DNA from: the human T2T-CHM13v2.0 reference genome, Homo sapiens
DNA length: 64,000 nucleotides
Strand: one strand, 5' to 3'
Assembly (NCBI RefSeq): GCF_009914755.1
Contig: NC_060925.1
Shown here: positions 1 to 17,621 of the stretch, in pieces
Layout of the letters: each line of letters starts with the position of its first letter
Position numbering within the stretch: the first letter of the stretch is position 1
Notes under the pieces: generated by a model
What the model was told of the DNA's origin: nothing
Database searches by the model: none
Seen by the model: only the letters and a program-made list of their open reading frames with translations
Translations under genes and position numbers: made by a program

Positions 1-1727
1 TTTCTGCAACCCCTCTGTAGGTTCACCCAGGGGAGACCCCTGCCTCCAGACTGCCGGACCAGGGATCATTGGTCCCATTAGAAAGACGAAGAAACTGAGT
101 CCTGAGAGGGACAGTTAACTTGCTAAAGGTCACACAGCCAAGGCAGAGCAGAGCTGAATTCAAGCCCATTCTTTTGACTGAGATACATTTAGGGACTGTC
201 TGCCTCATTTAGAAGAGGAGGGGGCATCAGGACCAGAGATACAATTTGTCCCCTTCCCCCTATCTCCAGCACGGTTTCTGTGGTTAGTAAGTTACTGGAA
301 GTTCTGCTTATCATTATTCAATTATGGGAGGGTTTTGGAGGTAGAAGGAGGTCCCTCTAAACTTTCCATGTAAATGAAATGTAAAAGACCCTCTTCTGGG
401 GACTCCCAGAACACAGAAGTCCCTGAGGACTGGCAGCTTCAGGAGCCGTCCACGGCCTTGCTTCCCATTAGGGAAGCTGGAATTGCCAGTCCCAGATGGA
501 TCAGCAAAAAATAGGGCCCTCAGAGACTCCCACCCAATCCCTTCCTCCCACTGAGGAATAAGCTGAGACTCAGACACAGTTTCCCAAGTCTTCAGCTGAC
601 TGGTGGCGGAGTCAGGAGACAGAACCCACCGACCCAGCTTTCTAGCTGTGTCCACGCCCTTCTGCTTCTCCCTCTGCTGCCCCCCAATCCTGACACCTCT
701 CTCACAGCCACCACTCAGGATCCTGCCTCCATCAGCTGGGCCTGCAGGCTGGGCAGCCTTTCTCTTTACAGGCGGAGGAAACTAAGAAGAGTATCTGCAG
801 ATGTCCTCCCAGCTTCCAGTTAAAGACCCTCCCAACCACCCTTCCACCTTAGCTGTGGGTCAGGCCCAGAGAAGCTGCGCTCCTGGCCTCGAGTCACACA
901 GCAAGCCTTTTCCAGCTTGCAAAGCCCACTGGATTCAGTCTGGCTGGTCCTGGATTTGGGGTTCCCACTGGGAGCATGGCTCTCAGGGCAGCTGTAACCA
1001 GATGCCCCAGGTGTGGCCTGTGAGTTTGCATGCTGCTTTGCTTATTAGTAACAAAGGCATTGAAACCCCTCTTCCTCATTGTGTCCCCAAACCACCCACT
1101 GGGTGGGGTCCTCAATGGCTGAGTCTACAGAACTCCTGGGCTGGGCTCAGTCTTGGCACCTGAGCTCCCCAGGGAACTCTGCCCTCCACGGTGCTCCTCT
1201 TCGACCCTGTCAGCTCTTGGTGCTCTCTCTGCCCTGGAAGTACTGAGAACCCAGTGGCAAGGACTAACTCTTTCCCTTGTCTTGGACTCTTCCCTCCCTC
1301 TCCCTCCCCCAATATAGTGCACAGGTTCTGCTGACTCAGAGGACAGAAGGCTCCTTTGAGGTTACCCTGACCCCTGCCAGGTTCAAGTAGCTGGGAAACT
1401 GGGCAATGCTTGAACCCACTGCCACAAAGTCACATGCAGCAGGAAGGGCAGGGGCAGGTCCCATCTTGGCCCCAGGATGAGGGAATTTTTGAGGTGGGAG
1501 TGAGAGGCAGGTGCCTGAGTCCTTCTACAGACAGAGGAGAAATCCAAAGAACATTGCATTAGGAATCAGGAAATCTGGGTGCCAGGCCCAACTCTGTCTC
1601 TGATCTACTGTATGATCACAGGTAAGCCAGGCCCCTCTCTGGGACTCAGTTTCCCCATCTATAAATGAGAAGGTTGGTTAATCTCTAAGGGACCTTTCAG
1701 TGCCCAGATATAGCCAGTATCTGGTCA

Positions 1728-2410
<683 letters not shown>

Positions 2411-2996
2411 AGTCACTGGCATCTCTTGCCAGGATTATACTTTCCAACTCACAATGGGGCAAACGTCATTGCTCCCTCCTCCCCTCTCCCCCACCATAGT
2501 CCGTTCACTCAGCAGCCTGTGTGATCTTTTTAAACATAAGGAAGATTGAGCTACTCCCTGCTCAAACTCCCCATCTCACTCAGAGTAAAAGCCAAGATCC
2601 TTACCATAGCCAGTAGATGGTCCGCTTTCCACCTCCCCTGCCTCTCTGCCCTCACCCCCCACCACTCTCCCCTTGCTCATTCCACTCTGGGATCACTCCT
2701 TTCCTGGTAGTTCTGGAACACAGAAGGCACCCTTCTGGCTCAGATGTGTTGGATTTGTTTTTCCCTCTGGAGGTGGGATGGGGGTTAAGGGAGCATGAGG
2801 TGGGGGCTCTGACCTAAGCCTGCCAGTCTGAGCTCATGCTCAGACACAGCATGAGTAAAGGTGGGGGGGGAAAAGAGCGCGTTTGCCATTGTCAGGGACA
2901 GAGCTATGATAATGCAGTGCCAAGTGTCAGGTTGGGTACCGGCTAGTGAAGAGCAAGTTGGCCTGGTGGGTGGGGCTTTCCTTGCAATCATGCTAA

Positions 2997-3370
<374 letters not shown>

Positions 3371-5124
3371 TCACATGAAATTTTTACGCCAAAGCCAGCA
3401 TGTAAAACTGAGCCACCCGAATCTGCACGGAGCTGCTCAGTGGAACCGAGGGAAGGTTTCCACTAGCCATCTTGCTTGAGTTTCTCAAATCCTGGCTGCC
3501 TAAATTCCACCCCATGTTTCCCCTTCCTTTCAATGGCATCCTGCTTGGGAGGGCCCACACCTCCCTGTTTGAGAAGTCAGCTCTGTCTGGCCAGTCCCAA
3601 CAGATGGATGCCCCTGTGTCCTCTTTGTTCCACTCTGGCTCTTGTCAACACATTGCTCAGCCCACTGACCTGGTGCAACAGGTAGGCAGGCTGGCACGGC
3701 AGAAGGAAGCAGACAGAACAAGTCGGAAGGTTTGGGGCTGGTGCAGGTGGGAGAGGAGGAAGCTATTCCTCATCAAACACCTTGTCTAGAAGACACTGCC
3801 TTTCATGTCCCGTGGGACAGAAACCATTCAAGCTGGCTCAATAAAAACTGGCTTCTGTACTATTACATTTGGGATAAAGAAAAAGAAAAATTGGCTTCTG
3901 GAGGTAGAGGACAGATATGGTAAGGAAAGAGAAGAATTCTTTAGAGGCTTCAAGGCAGAAAGCACATTTTGGATTCATGGGATAGAGAGCAGGGGGATGA
4001 GGTTCCAGCGTAGTGCAGTCTCATGGCCCATCTCTCTGCACCTCTGCCAACTTTCCTCTGTGGTTCTTAGTTCCATTCCTGCGAAAGACAATCCGATTGG
4101 CTCAGCCCAACCTATGGGTGGGCCCTTCTTGGGTCAGTCTCCAGCTCTCCATGAATCTGTGGCGGCCAGGAGAGTGCTGTGGAGCCAACCGCAGGGCTGT
4201 CATGTGTCGCTCTGCAGTCTGGGCGCCACAAAGGGGCCGGCTGAGAGGGCTGAGGGGTGCTGGAATCCAGCCTATGCCCAGGGGTGGGGCAGCCCAGGGG
4301 AAGGGATGCCTGTGCTAATGGGTCCGTCTAGAGGGGTCAAGTTTTTATAACTTGTCAGGCTAACGGGAATGCTTTTTTTCTAAGCCATCCTCCAAGAGGG
4401 GGCATTTTTTTCATAGTTTGTTCTATGTGCTGGCGGCTGCTGTCCCTCCAGGGACAGCCTCAGGGAAACTCAGCTGAGGGCCAACTCTCTCCTTTCTACC
4501 CCACTGCTGGAGAGTCACAAGGCGGAAGGGACTTTGGCCATTACTGAGTAGTGCTCCACCTACATGTTGCAGACAGGGAAACTGAGGCTCCATCAGGGCC
4601 CCATTGCAATTTCTAAGCCCCAGCGCAAGCCTCTGGCCCAGAGAAGCAGCAGCGGCAGTGGCGGCGGCCCTGGTGTGGGGCCCTGGGTCACGTGCTCTTG
4701 CTCCCTTTGCCATATTTAGAATCGCTGGATCAGGGGAAACTTCTCCTCCCAGCCCCTGAGGATTCTTGGAAAGAGCCTCGCTCTGAGGCCTGGCTTACTG
4801 CCCCTCCCCTTATTCCCCTGCAGGAGAAAGTAAGTGCCTGCTCTCTCTAGAAGAGTCTGGGGGCCTCCAGGCTGCCCCCCTTGTCAGGAAGTGCCTGTCA
4901 AGTCTAGCTGAAGTCCCTTCTTCGGTATCAGCTCCGGTTTGGGGTTTAAGGAGCCCCTTTCTTCCAGAAGGTGATGGTGGCCATAGCTTCTGCCCTCTAG
5001 GGACCTTGGCTGAATGGAGGACAGACTGGCCTCAGGGTCCTCCAGCTGAGGGGAGACAGAGCCCTGCCTTTGGGCCCTGGTCTAGGGGGCAAGGAAAGAG
5101 TCACGCGCTCCCCAGGCCAGATGC

Positions 5125-5352
5125 ACAAATCACTTGAGCTTGGGGGTTGGAGACCAGCCTGGGAAAATAGCAAGACCTTGTCTCTACTAAAAATCAAAAA
5201 AAATTAGCCAGGTGTGGTGGTCCCGGCTACTCAGGAGGCTGAGGCAGGCAGATTTCTTGAGCCTTGGAGAGTGATGCTGCAGTGAGCTATGATTGCACCA
5301 CTGCATTCCAACACAGGCAACAGAGCAAGACCCTGTCTCAAAAGAAAAGAAA
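5125..5352 (+). mobile_element. 5'-truncated old Alu
   Basis: Diverged Alu body with A-rich tail. Confidence 0.8.
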
Positions 5353-7002
5353 TCAGGGAAACTGCTGGTGGCTGGGCAGTCCCCAGACACTGGCAGGGCT
5401 CAGTCTGGGAGGGACGCTGGAAAGACGAGGGAAGGAAGGAGGCTCTGGAGGAAGGAGGGGGCAAGGCCTGGATCTGTATTTACCTTGGCCTTGGTGGATA
5501 CTTGGGGGTGGGGAGCGGTCCTCTTCTCACACAGGCTGCTTCCTACTGGATAATCAAGCCTTAAAAACAAACAGCAACAAAAAACCTAAATAAAACCCTG
5601 AAATGCATGTGTTGAGTGCCTGTGATGTTCCAGGTCTGAAGAGCCATCCTCGCTGCTGAGGATAATGGTCCTGTGCTCCCATGGGACCCCTCTCCAGGCG
5701 TGGTCTTTTCTCCCACCTTCCTCTCCCAGCTCCATACCTCCTCCATCTCTTCAGATCCCCCACCCCACCCTCCTGCCCACTTCTGAGAGTTGGGCCTTGC
5801 CTCTTCCCAGAGCAGTCCCCAGTGAGTAGGGGCTGTCGGCCTCCTCCCTTCCCACAGCCTCCTCCCACCTACATGCCTTCCTGTCCCTGTGGAAGCTGGA
5901 GGGATCCTTCCTACTCCACACCAGCTCCTCCCTGGCTCTGGATCCCAGCCTCCCATCTTCCTTGGGGACTTCATTCCATTGACTACTCACTCTGTCTCCC
6001 CGCATCTTCAACTTCTCCTTCTTGATCTCTTGGCTCCTTCCACTCTGGCTCTCTCATCTTAAAAGAAAAGAAAAAGATTCCCTATACCCTGCATCCTTCT
6101 CCAGCTACGATCTCTGATCTCTTCTTTGCAGTCAAACATCTTCAAATTGTTAAACCTACACTTACTGTCTCTACCTCCTCACTGCCCCTCCCCTTTCTCA
6201 CTTTTTCTGGGCCTGTTCTGGTCTTCCTCTCCTTCTGAGAGAAGGCTGCCCTTGCCAAGGGACCCAGTGACCAATGTGTCACCAAATCCAGAGGACATTT
6301 TTCACGCCTTATCTCACTTGACCTCTTGGCAGCATTTGACACTGTTGTCTACTCCCGCTTTGAAACATGTTCTTCACGTGGCCTCTCTGACACTTCTCTC
6401 TTCTGCTTTCCCTCCCAGCTCTCTGGCTATCCCTCCCAGTCTGCGTAGAGGGCCTCTGTTCCTGCTGCACCGCTGGGGCTCCATCGGGTCCTCCTCTAAC
6501 TTTGCTACAAGCTCTCTGGACTGTCTCAGCTGCTCCTGTGACCTCAGTCACCACCTCTACCCTGATGTCCCCCAGATCTGCATTTCCAGCCGGGTCTCTC
6601 TCTTCATACCCATGGAGTGTTTGCCCAGTGCCCATAGCCCTCTCTCTCTCTCAACATGCCCACCACCCAACACCTGCTCCTCCAGTGGGGTCTCCCCCGT
6701 CCCATGAAGGCACTCATGGCACCTTCATCCATCCAATGCCCAAACCAGAAATAGAGAAGTTGTTCTCCTTCCTAGTTCCCGTTTCCAGTTAATCACCGAG
6801 CCCTACTTCCTGCGGTGTTTTCCAACCCATCCACTCCTCTTCCCTGCTGCCACCACCCTGGGCCAGGCCACAGTCATCTCTCGTCTGAGCTATTGTGGAG
6901 CTTTCTTGGTCTTTCTGCTGAGTCTTATCTCCTTTGATCTATTCTGTGTACTTCCCCAAGTGGTCCTGAGATGCAAATTGGACTGTGTCATTTCCTCTCT
7001 TA

Positions 7003-7306
<304 letters not shown>

Positions 7307-8623
7307 AACTCTACAATGACTCCCCATTGCCTTTGGGATCATGTTCACAGTGCCTGAGAATGCTACTCAAGGCCCCTGGGTCTGGCCCTCTCTGGTTTTT
7401 CCACTGCCCCCTTCACTTTAGGCCACACCATCCAGAACTGCTGGCCGTTCTGGGCTGCCTCGACGGCCACATTCCCACTGCTTGCACATCCTGCTTCCTC
7501 TGCCTGGGGCACCCCGACCCCTGTCCAGTTACCTCCTCCAAGAAGTCTTCACTGATCCCTCCACTTTGGTTGTGCGGAAGGCTTCTTGGGACTCTCCCCG
7601 ACCCCTTGAGTACACTGTCATGGCCTCGTCCATCCCGTCACCACTGTGTCATGTTCTGTGTTGTTAATTCCTTGGGACCTGGATTATTCATTTCTGGTTT
7701 TACAATAAACCTGGCTGAGTGTAGGTGTCTGAAGTGAATATAGCCCAGAGGGGTCAGGTGACAACCTCTTTTCTGCTGTGAGATGCCCTGCCATCTTTCC
7801 TACCCCCATCATATCCCCATCTCTCTGGCCTGGCCTCCCAGCAGCTGTCCCTCCAGGGACATGTTGGACATGTCGAGAGAGAGAGCCGTGGACACTGGGC
7901 AAACGCCCAGTGGGTATGAAGAGAGAGACCTCAGCTGGATCCAGGGACATCCCCAGAGAATCTGGAGCTGAGCTGATGGCCGATCCTCTCCACCCCACTG
8001 CTGGAGAGTTACCAAGCTACAGGGACCTTAACCATCACTGAGTTGTCCCCGACCTTTGTGTGTGTTTCTGACAGGGAAATTGAGGCCCAGAGCATTAGTA
8101 GGGCCCGGTGGTCCAGGTGGTCTTGGGCTCAGGTCCTGCGCTTATGACTTTGAACAAGTCATACCTTTCTTTTCTCATTTGAATAACAGCTTTATTGAGA
8201 TATAATTCACATACAGTAAAATTCCTCCTTTTAAAGTGTTCAGTTCAGAGGATTTTAGTGTATTCACAGAGCTCTGCAGTCACCACAGTATACGCCTCTG
8301 AACCGCCCTCTCCTTATCAGGGTGATGATGGTACGGTTCCATGGGGTCACTGTGAGAACTCATTAAGAACATGCATTTAGAGGGCTTGGCACAGTGTCTG
8401 GCCAATAGGAAGCCTTTGGCCAGCAGGAGCAGTTATGGTTATTACTTCAGGTCACCGCATGAGAGCCACCTCCCCAGCAGAGCTTTCCCCCTCCTGCCCT
8501 GTGGCCGCTTCTGGACAGTGACTTGAGGAGGTATAAATGTGGAGAAGGCGGTGATTGCAGTTGTTTAAAAGCCCTGAGCTGGCTAATAATTGAGTCAGCT
8601 GCAACTGCTCCCATCACCTAAGC

Positions 8624-8804
8624 CAGTGATTCTCAAAGTGTGGTCCCCATAACAGCAGCAATAGTATCACCAGGGACCTTTGTAGAAAGGCATATTTTCC
8701 ACTTCAAACTTACTGAATCAGACACTGTAGGAATAGGTCCCAGAAATCAGTATTTTAACAAGCCCTCCAGGTGACTCTGACACCCACCGTAGTTTGAAAA
8801 CCAC
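8624..8804. mobile_element. MER5A-type hAT-Charlie MITE
   Basis: CAGTGATTCTCAAAGTGTGGTCCC...TACTGAATCAGA...AACAAGCCCTCCAGGTGA...TTTGAAAACCAC. Confidence 0.8.
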
Positions 8805-9468
8805 AAATCTAAGCAAACCATTCACTTTTTCATCTCTAATCCTCTTGCTCCCTCCTGAACGAGTGGGATAGTCATGGGATGGGGAGACGGGGGAAATGGA
8901 GAGGAAAGGTTGGATAAGCCTTGTGATCAGACCAGCTGGGGAGAGCCAGCCAGGCAACACCCGCCTGTCTCATTCTGCCTCCTGGGCTGGGCAGGGAGAA
9001 AGAACATGGGCCACAACTTGCAGGCAGACATGATGGGCAAAGATGTCCTAGAAAGTGGCCGCTAGTCTGGCCTGTCTGCTGGGGAGATTAGAGAGGGCCC
9101 AGGCCAGCCAGCACCCATGTTTCATCTATATTTGTATAGATGGAGAAACTGAGGTCCCAGAGGGGGCCAGAGAGAATCCTTAGAAAGTCCTTTGATGGAT
9201 GAATGAAGCCACACCCTAGTTGTGGCAGGCATGAGACCCCAGCTAAGGGGCTCCTTCACCTTGTCTCCTCTACCCCTGACCTCCAGATACTGATCTCTCT
9301 TCTGCTGTCCCTGTGTGAGGACCACCCCCACTCCAGGAAGGCCAAGGCAGCTTGAGGGTCAGCCTGAGCTGGGGTTCTAGCTGCAGCTCTGCCACTGATT
9401 CACTGTGTGATCCTGAACAAGTCTATCCCTCCCTGAGCTCTATTTCCTCAGCTGGAAGATATGGATAA

Positions 9469-9799
<331 letters not shown>

Positions 9800-10914
9800 G
9801 GATGTTTTCTATTAGTCCAAGTATATCCCTTCAAATGTAATGAGAGTATCAAGGGTATAGAAACTCTTAGCCAGTGGGTTAAAGCAGGGAGAAGTGAAGT
9901 TTGGGGGCTTTTTAAGCAGCGTCCGCCAAATGGAGATGGTCAAGGTCAGAGGCGTTACTTTTTAGGAAAGACATGGGGCAGCCAGAGGAGTCAGGGATGG
10001 ATGTGCTTTGGGGACCTCTTCAGTGGGTACAAACTGGAGGCTTTGGCTTGGTAACATGGTGTTTTGATGTTTGGTTACAGTGAACTCCTGCTATTCATTT
10101 ACTTAGTCTTTCAATAGTGCTGTGAAATCAATCAAGCAATCGGTCAGTCAGAATAAGGGGCAAGAGAGTGGAGATGAGGCCATTCTTTCAGAGAGGGGAT
10201 GGCTGGGGAGGCCCCTCCAAAGAAGTGGCATTGGAACAGACCTGGGTGAGGCAGAGGAAACAGTAAAGCAGGTTCAAAGCCTGGAGGTGGAAATATGTTA
10301 GGTGTGTTCCAGGACTGGCAAGGAGGCCAGAATAAGTGGGGTGCAGTGAGCCAGCAGGAGAGTGAAGAAGGTCAAGTTTGGAGGCGGGGGTGGAGGCACA
10401 GACCTTGCAGGGCCTTGTTGTCAGTGCCGAGGAGTTGGACTTTCCCTCTCTAAGTGCGATGGAAGTCCGACGAGAGTTTTGTGGAGAGCGATGGTTTCCA
10501 GCTGTGCATTGTGGGAAGATGACCCTGGCTGCGTTGAAGGGAGTGGTCACATTCAGGCACAGTGGAGGCAGGGAGGCCAGGTAGGTGCCAGATGGTGGCG
10601 GCTTGGTTGGGATGGTGCGACCTGGCCTGCCCAGGGATAGATTCTGAAGGTAGAGCCAATGGAATTTGCTCAGAAGGGGATGTGCAGGGGGAGGGAAAGG
10701 AAGAATGAAGGAGCCTGAGCCCTGGGGGAGCCGTGGTGCCGTTACTGAGATGGGTAGGCTGGAGGTGAGGAGGACTTGAGGACAAATTGAGAACTGGTGT
10801 TTGGAGGTGTTGGGTTTGAGAGGCCACCAGACATCCAAGAAGAGTCATTGAGCAGGCATTTGGACACACGAGCTGGACACCTGGGAGAGGCTGCCACATC
10901 CTCACTCCTGCTAA

Positions 10915-11588
<674 letters not shown>

Positions 11589-11665
11589 TGCATTTTAAAT
11601 TTTATATTAGTTTGTTATTACCGAAACAACCCATGTTTGTTCCAAACAATATATTAGGAAATACT

Positions 11666-11970
11666 GGCTGGGCGAGTGGCTTACATTGCCAGCTCTGGGA
11701 GGCAGAGGCGGGAGGATCACTTGAGCCCAGGAGTTTGAGACCAGCCTGGGCAACATAGTTCAACCCCATCTCTACAAAAAATTTAAAAATTAGCCGGGTG
11801 TGGTGTCATGTGCCTGTGGTCTCAGCTACTCAGGAGGCTGAGGTAGGAGGATGGCTTGAGCTCAGGAGGTCAAGGCTACAGTGAGTCGTGATCATGCTAC
11901 TGCACTCCAGCCTGGTTGACAGAGTGAGACCCTGTCTCAAAAAAAAACAAAACAAAACAAAAAATAGAAA
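11666..11970 (+). mobile_element. Alu (J-like)
   Basis: Sense Alu with (AAAAC)n tail. Confidence 0.88.
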
Positions 11971-12194
11971 ATACAGATAAGCAGAAAGCAAAACAAAAGC
12001 CAAATCACTTAATTTTACCACCCATAGATAAGCCTTGCTGACTCTGGGTACGTGTGTAAAAACCATCTCTGTTTCAAACATTGGGATCACATTGCCGTTA
12101 AGGTTTTATAATCTGCTTTCCTTTTTTTTTAAATTGTGAAGTGGAAATTTTATAGATGTGTAATTACTGACATGGCAAGAAAAGTGTTAATGAT

Positions 12195-12599
<405 letters not shown>

Positions 12600-14473
12600 T
12601 CAAGGCCGGGGTAAAGTCTTAAAAAGTCCTGGCTGTGGCCATTCCCCGAGGAGAGGGCTGCATGAGATAACCTCATGAAGGACCCTTCTGGTCCTAAACC
12701 CTGCTTCAGCTGCAGTCCCGATGCAGGTACATGTGGCCGCTGCCTTTTTTGTGATTAATTATTGAACATGAGGAGCTGGTGCTCTTCTCTTCTGTTCTCC
12801 CGTACCCCGTGTTTTTGCTGACTCAGCTCTGGTCTGGAACTGGCCGAGGAATAAGCTCTTCTTGAACTCATTCACTCATAACACTTTACCGACATCTGCC
12901 ACCTACCTTCTCAAACCAGGGGTATTTGCTGGGATACACTTGCCCCCCAAAAAGGTCAGGAACCCCTGTCCAGGAGGTGTAAGTGAGCCAGGGCAGTGCC
13001 ACGCCCTTTGCATGTCTTCCTTCCATAGCCCCCACTTCATAGATAACGAGATGGCTCAGAGAAGGCAGGTGACAGTCTCAAAACCACACACACAAGCAGG
13101 ACTGGGATCCAAACTCAGGTCTCTCTGACCCCGAGCTGCTGTCCTTAAGGTCACCACGAAACATGAATATAAATAAAGCCACATAGAAGGTGACTTGGGC
13201 CACACATAGGGAGGCAAGCATCGGGAGTTGGCAGTTCTGAAGGGGGGATAGTGGGGTGCGGGAATCAGAGGCTCCGTAGAGCTTTGTAGCATTTGTGTTC
13301 CTGTAGGCGTGGACGATGAGCAGAGTCTCGCAGGCACAGACATGAGGTGTTCTGCGTAGCATGCACCGTGCCAGCAACGGTGCAGAGGTGGGGAGACTGG
13401 GGACATCTGGGAAGGCTGGCGGGTCAGTACACAGAGATGTATTTCCAGAGAAGCCTGTTCCCTCCGGAGTCTCCTCCAGGGTGTGTGCATGTTCAGCACA
13501 CCCCCATCCTAAAGAGGGGTGCTCCTGGAGGCCACCTCATTCGCCTCTGCTGTGTCTGCAGCCTGTGACCTCTCACCTCGCTCTCCTTCACCCATCCACA
13601 TACCGCAAGGCCACCAGTTTCTCTCCTCATGCCCTTGGTCCTCTTCCCATCCACTGGGAGGTTGGGAACCCTGGCTCTAATCTCAGCTCTGTCCTGGGCA
13701 CACTGGGCGACAAAGGGTGAGTCCTTCTTCCTCTTCGGGCCTGTTTCCTCGTGGTGCACTGGGGGATGAGGGAAGTATTGGATGTGCTAGGGTCTAAAGT
13801 TCCTTCCATTTCTATGTCTCTGGTTCTGGGCCACTCTGTAGTTTCATGCTGTCTGCAGGGAAGTTCCTGGCCTCGATGGCCCAGCTCCACACTGCCCAAT
13901 TCCCCTCCCTACATCCTCTCCCTGCTGCATCATTCCTTCTCTACCTGTCCTCCATGATCCTCTTTCCTTTTCTAGCTGTCTCGTTACTTAATTCCACGAA
14001 GGCAGGGGCAGTTGTCCCAATTCTGCAGATGAGGCCAGGCTCCTGCCACTTTGGAGTGCATAAGAAAGAAGGTCCCTCCTTCATCCGCTGACCTTCCCTG
14101 AGCCCTGGGCTGACCTCTGGGGCACTTCTCCCAAGACATCTTAAAACCAAGCTGGGGCCAAGGCCACCACTTGTGGATGGCTAGACCTGGAGGAACCCTG
14201 AGTCAGTCTATTTCCACTGCCAGACCTGCTACTCACAGATGAGTGACTACCTCTCTGAGCTGCAGCCTGCAGCAGGGGGCAATTGAGATAGTTGTGAGGT
14301 CCAGTAGCTTGGGGCTTGAGGGCTGCTGCCTTTGGTGCCCAGCACAGAGCTGTAACTCCAGGGAATTCCAATTCTGATTTCCACATAATTTTCTGAAAAT
14401 AATGTTCTCCTCTCTTGGCTCTGTAACCCCCTGCCAGGGGCACCTTGGCTGTCCTGTCCCTCCAACAATCTAA

Positions 14474-14788
<315 letters not shown>

Positions 14789-15368
14789 AGGGCTGAAGGT
14801 GGAAAGAGGCTTCTCATACCATGGCTCAGAGAGCAGCTTGCTGTGCTGTGTTCCCTCAGCTGTGGCTGCCCCTCTCTGGGCATCATCTCCACTTTATAGC
14901 AAGTGTTGGGGGACCTCCTGCCTCTATGCAAGGGCTTATGATGGGTCCAGAATAGAAGTGAGTAGGCTCCACCCCTTCTCAGGACAAAATCTGCAAACTC
15001 CACGTGTGGTGGATTTTAGGTCAGTTTTTGCCTAAACACAAAACACCAAATGGAAGCCCCTCAGAGGGAGACAGCTGACAGCCAGCAACCCCTTTTGTCA
15101 CCAGGTCAGAGTTAGGGAGTCTGAGACAGCTGGGACAGGGAGGGCCTGTTGAGGAGCAGAAAAATCCGATCAGTTCATGGGGACCGGAAGGGGAGGACAC
15201 ACTAGGGCTTTTAGTCTTCTTGCAGGAGGCGGAGGGGGCCACCTGCCCTCCGGAATCGTCAAGTCCAGGAAACTCCAGGAGAGGGGTCCGAGGAGGCCCT
15301 GGTCCCCCTAACCCAGGGACTCTTGGCTGGGTCCGCGCTGTGACCTGGGCCCCAGTTCTGGAGACTGA

Positions 15369-15557
<189 letters not shown>

Positions 15558-15705
15558 TGACCCCAGGAGCCAGGGTGACGCCTTTACTCCCAATCCCGAC
15601 TCTGACCCTGGAGACCCGCACAGATTCAGCGGACCCTCCCCCTCCCTCCCCAGTCCCCTGCCACATCCCCAGAAGTCCCCGCCTCCGGGTCCGTGCGCGG
15701 GGTAG

Positions 15706-16050
<345 letters not shown>

Positions 16051-16398
16051 TAGCAGGAGGCGAGGTCTAAGGGGGTGGGGCGGAGTGGAGTCTGAATTAG
16101 GTAGGGGCGGGCCTAGGAGTCCGGACCGGATCAGGGGGCGGGGCCGGAGAGGCGGGGCTTGAGGGTTTCCCCTGGATGCTTCTGGGTTTGAAGGGACCAC
16201 TCGTACCACAAAGTGGGCAGCTGAGGTGGGACTTGAGGGTGGGGCTGGAGCGGGGCTAGGGTGGGCCCCAGGTGGAAGCCTGAAAGTGGGACTTGGGGGA
16301 CGGGGCAAGGTAGGCCGGGTGCTGGAGTCCTGAGCCTGGAACCTGGAGACTCAAGGCAGGCGGGGTGGGGGTGGGGGTGGGAATGGGGGTCGGGGTAG

Positions 16399-16788
<390 letters not shown>

Positions 16789-17076
16789 TGACTCAGGGTT
16801 GAGCGGGCCTGCCCCTGCCCTCTCACTAGAGCTGGGACCCCCCTGAGACCAGCCCCAATGCTAACCCCCCAACCTGCTCTGGTGGACCTGCCTCTGTCCC
16901 CAGCTAGCCCCGCACATCAAGACCTTGTGACTATACCCCTTTCCCCTGACCAGCCCAGGAGAGGGAGAATCCATCTATGACCCTAACCAGCCCCCGTGGG
17001 TGACCAGGGGCCCCTTCCCTCATGATCAGGCTCCTACCTGCCTGTACCCCCAACAAGCCGTAGGTGGCCCCCGTGA

Positions 17077-17621
<545 letters not shown>

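Noticed and set aside
3805-4350. 181-aa ATG-initiated ORF in intron 1
   Set aside because: No recognisable homology or convincing exon structure; consistent with chance.
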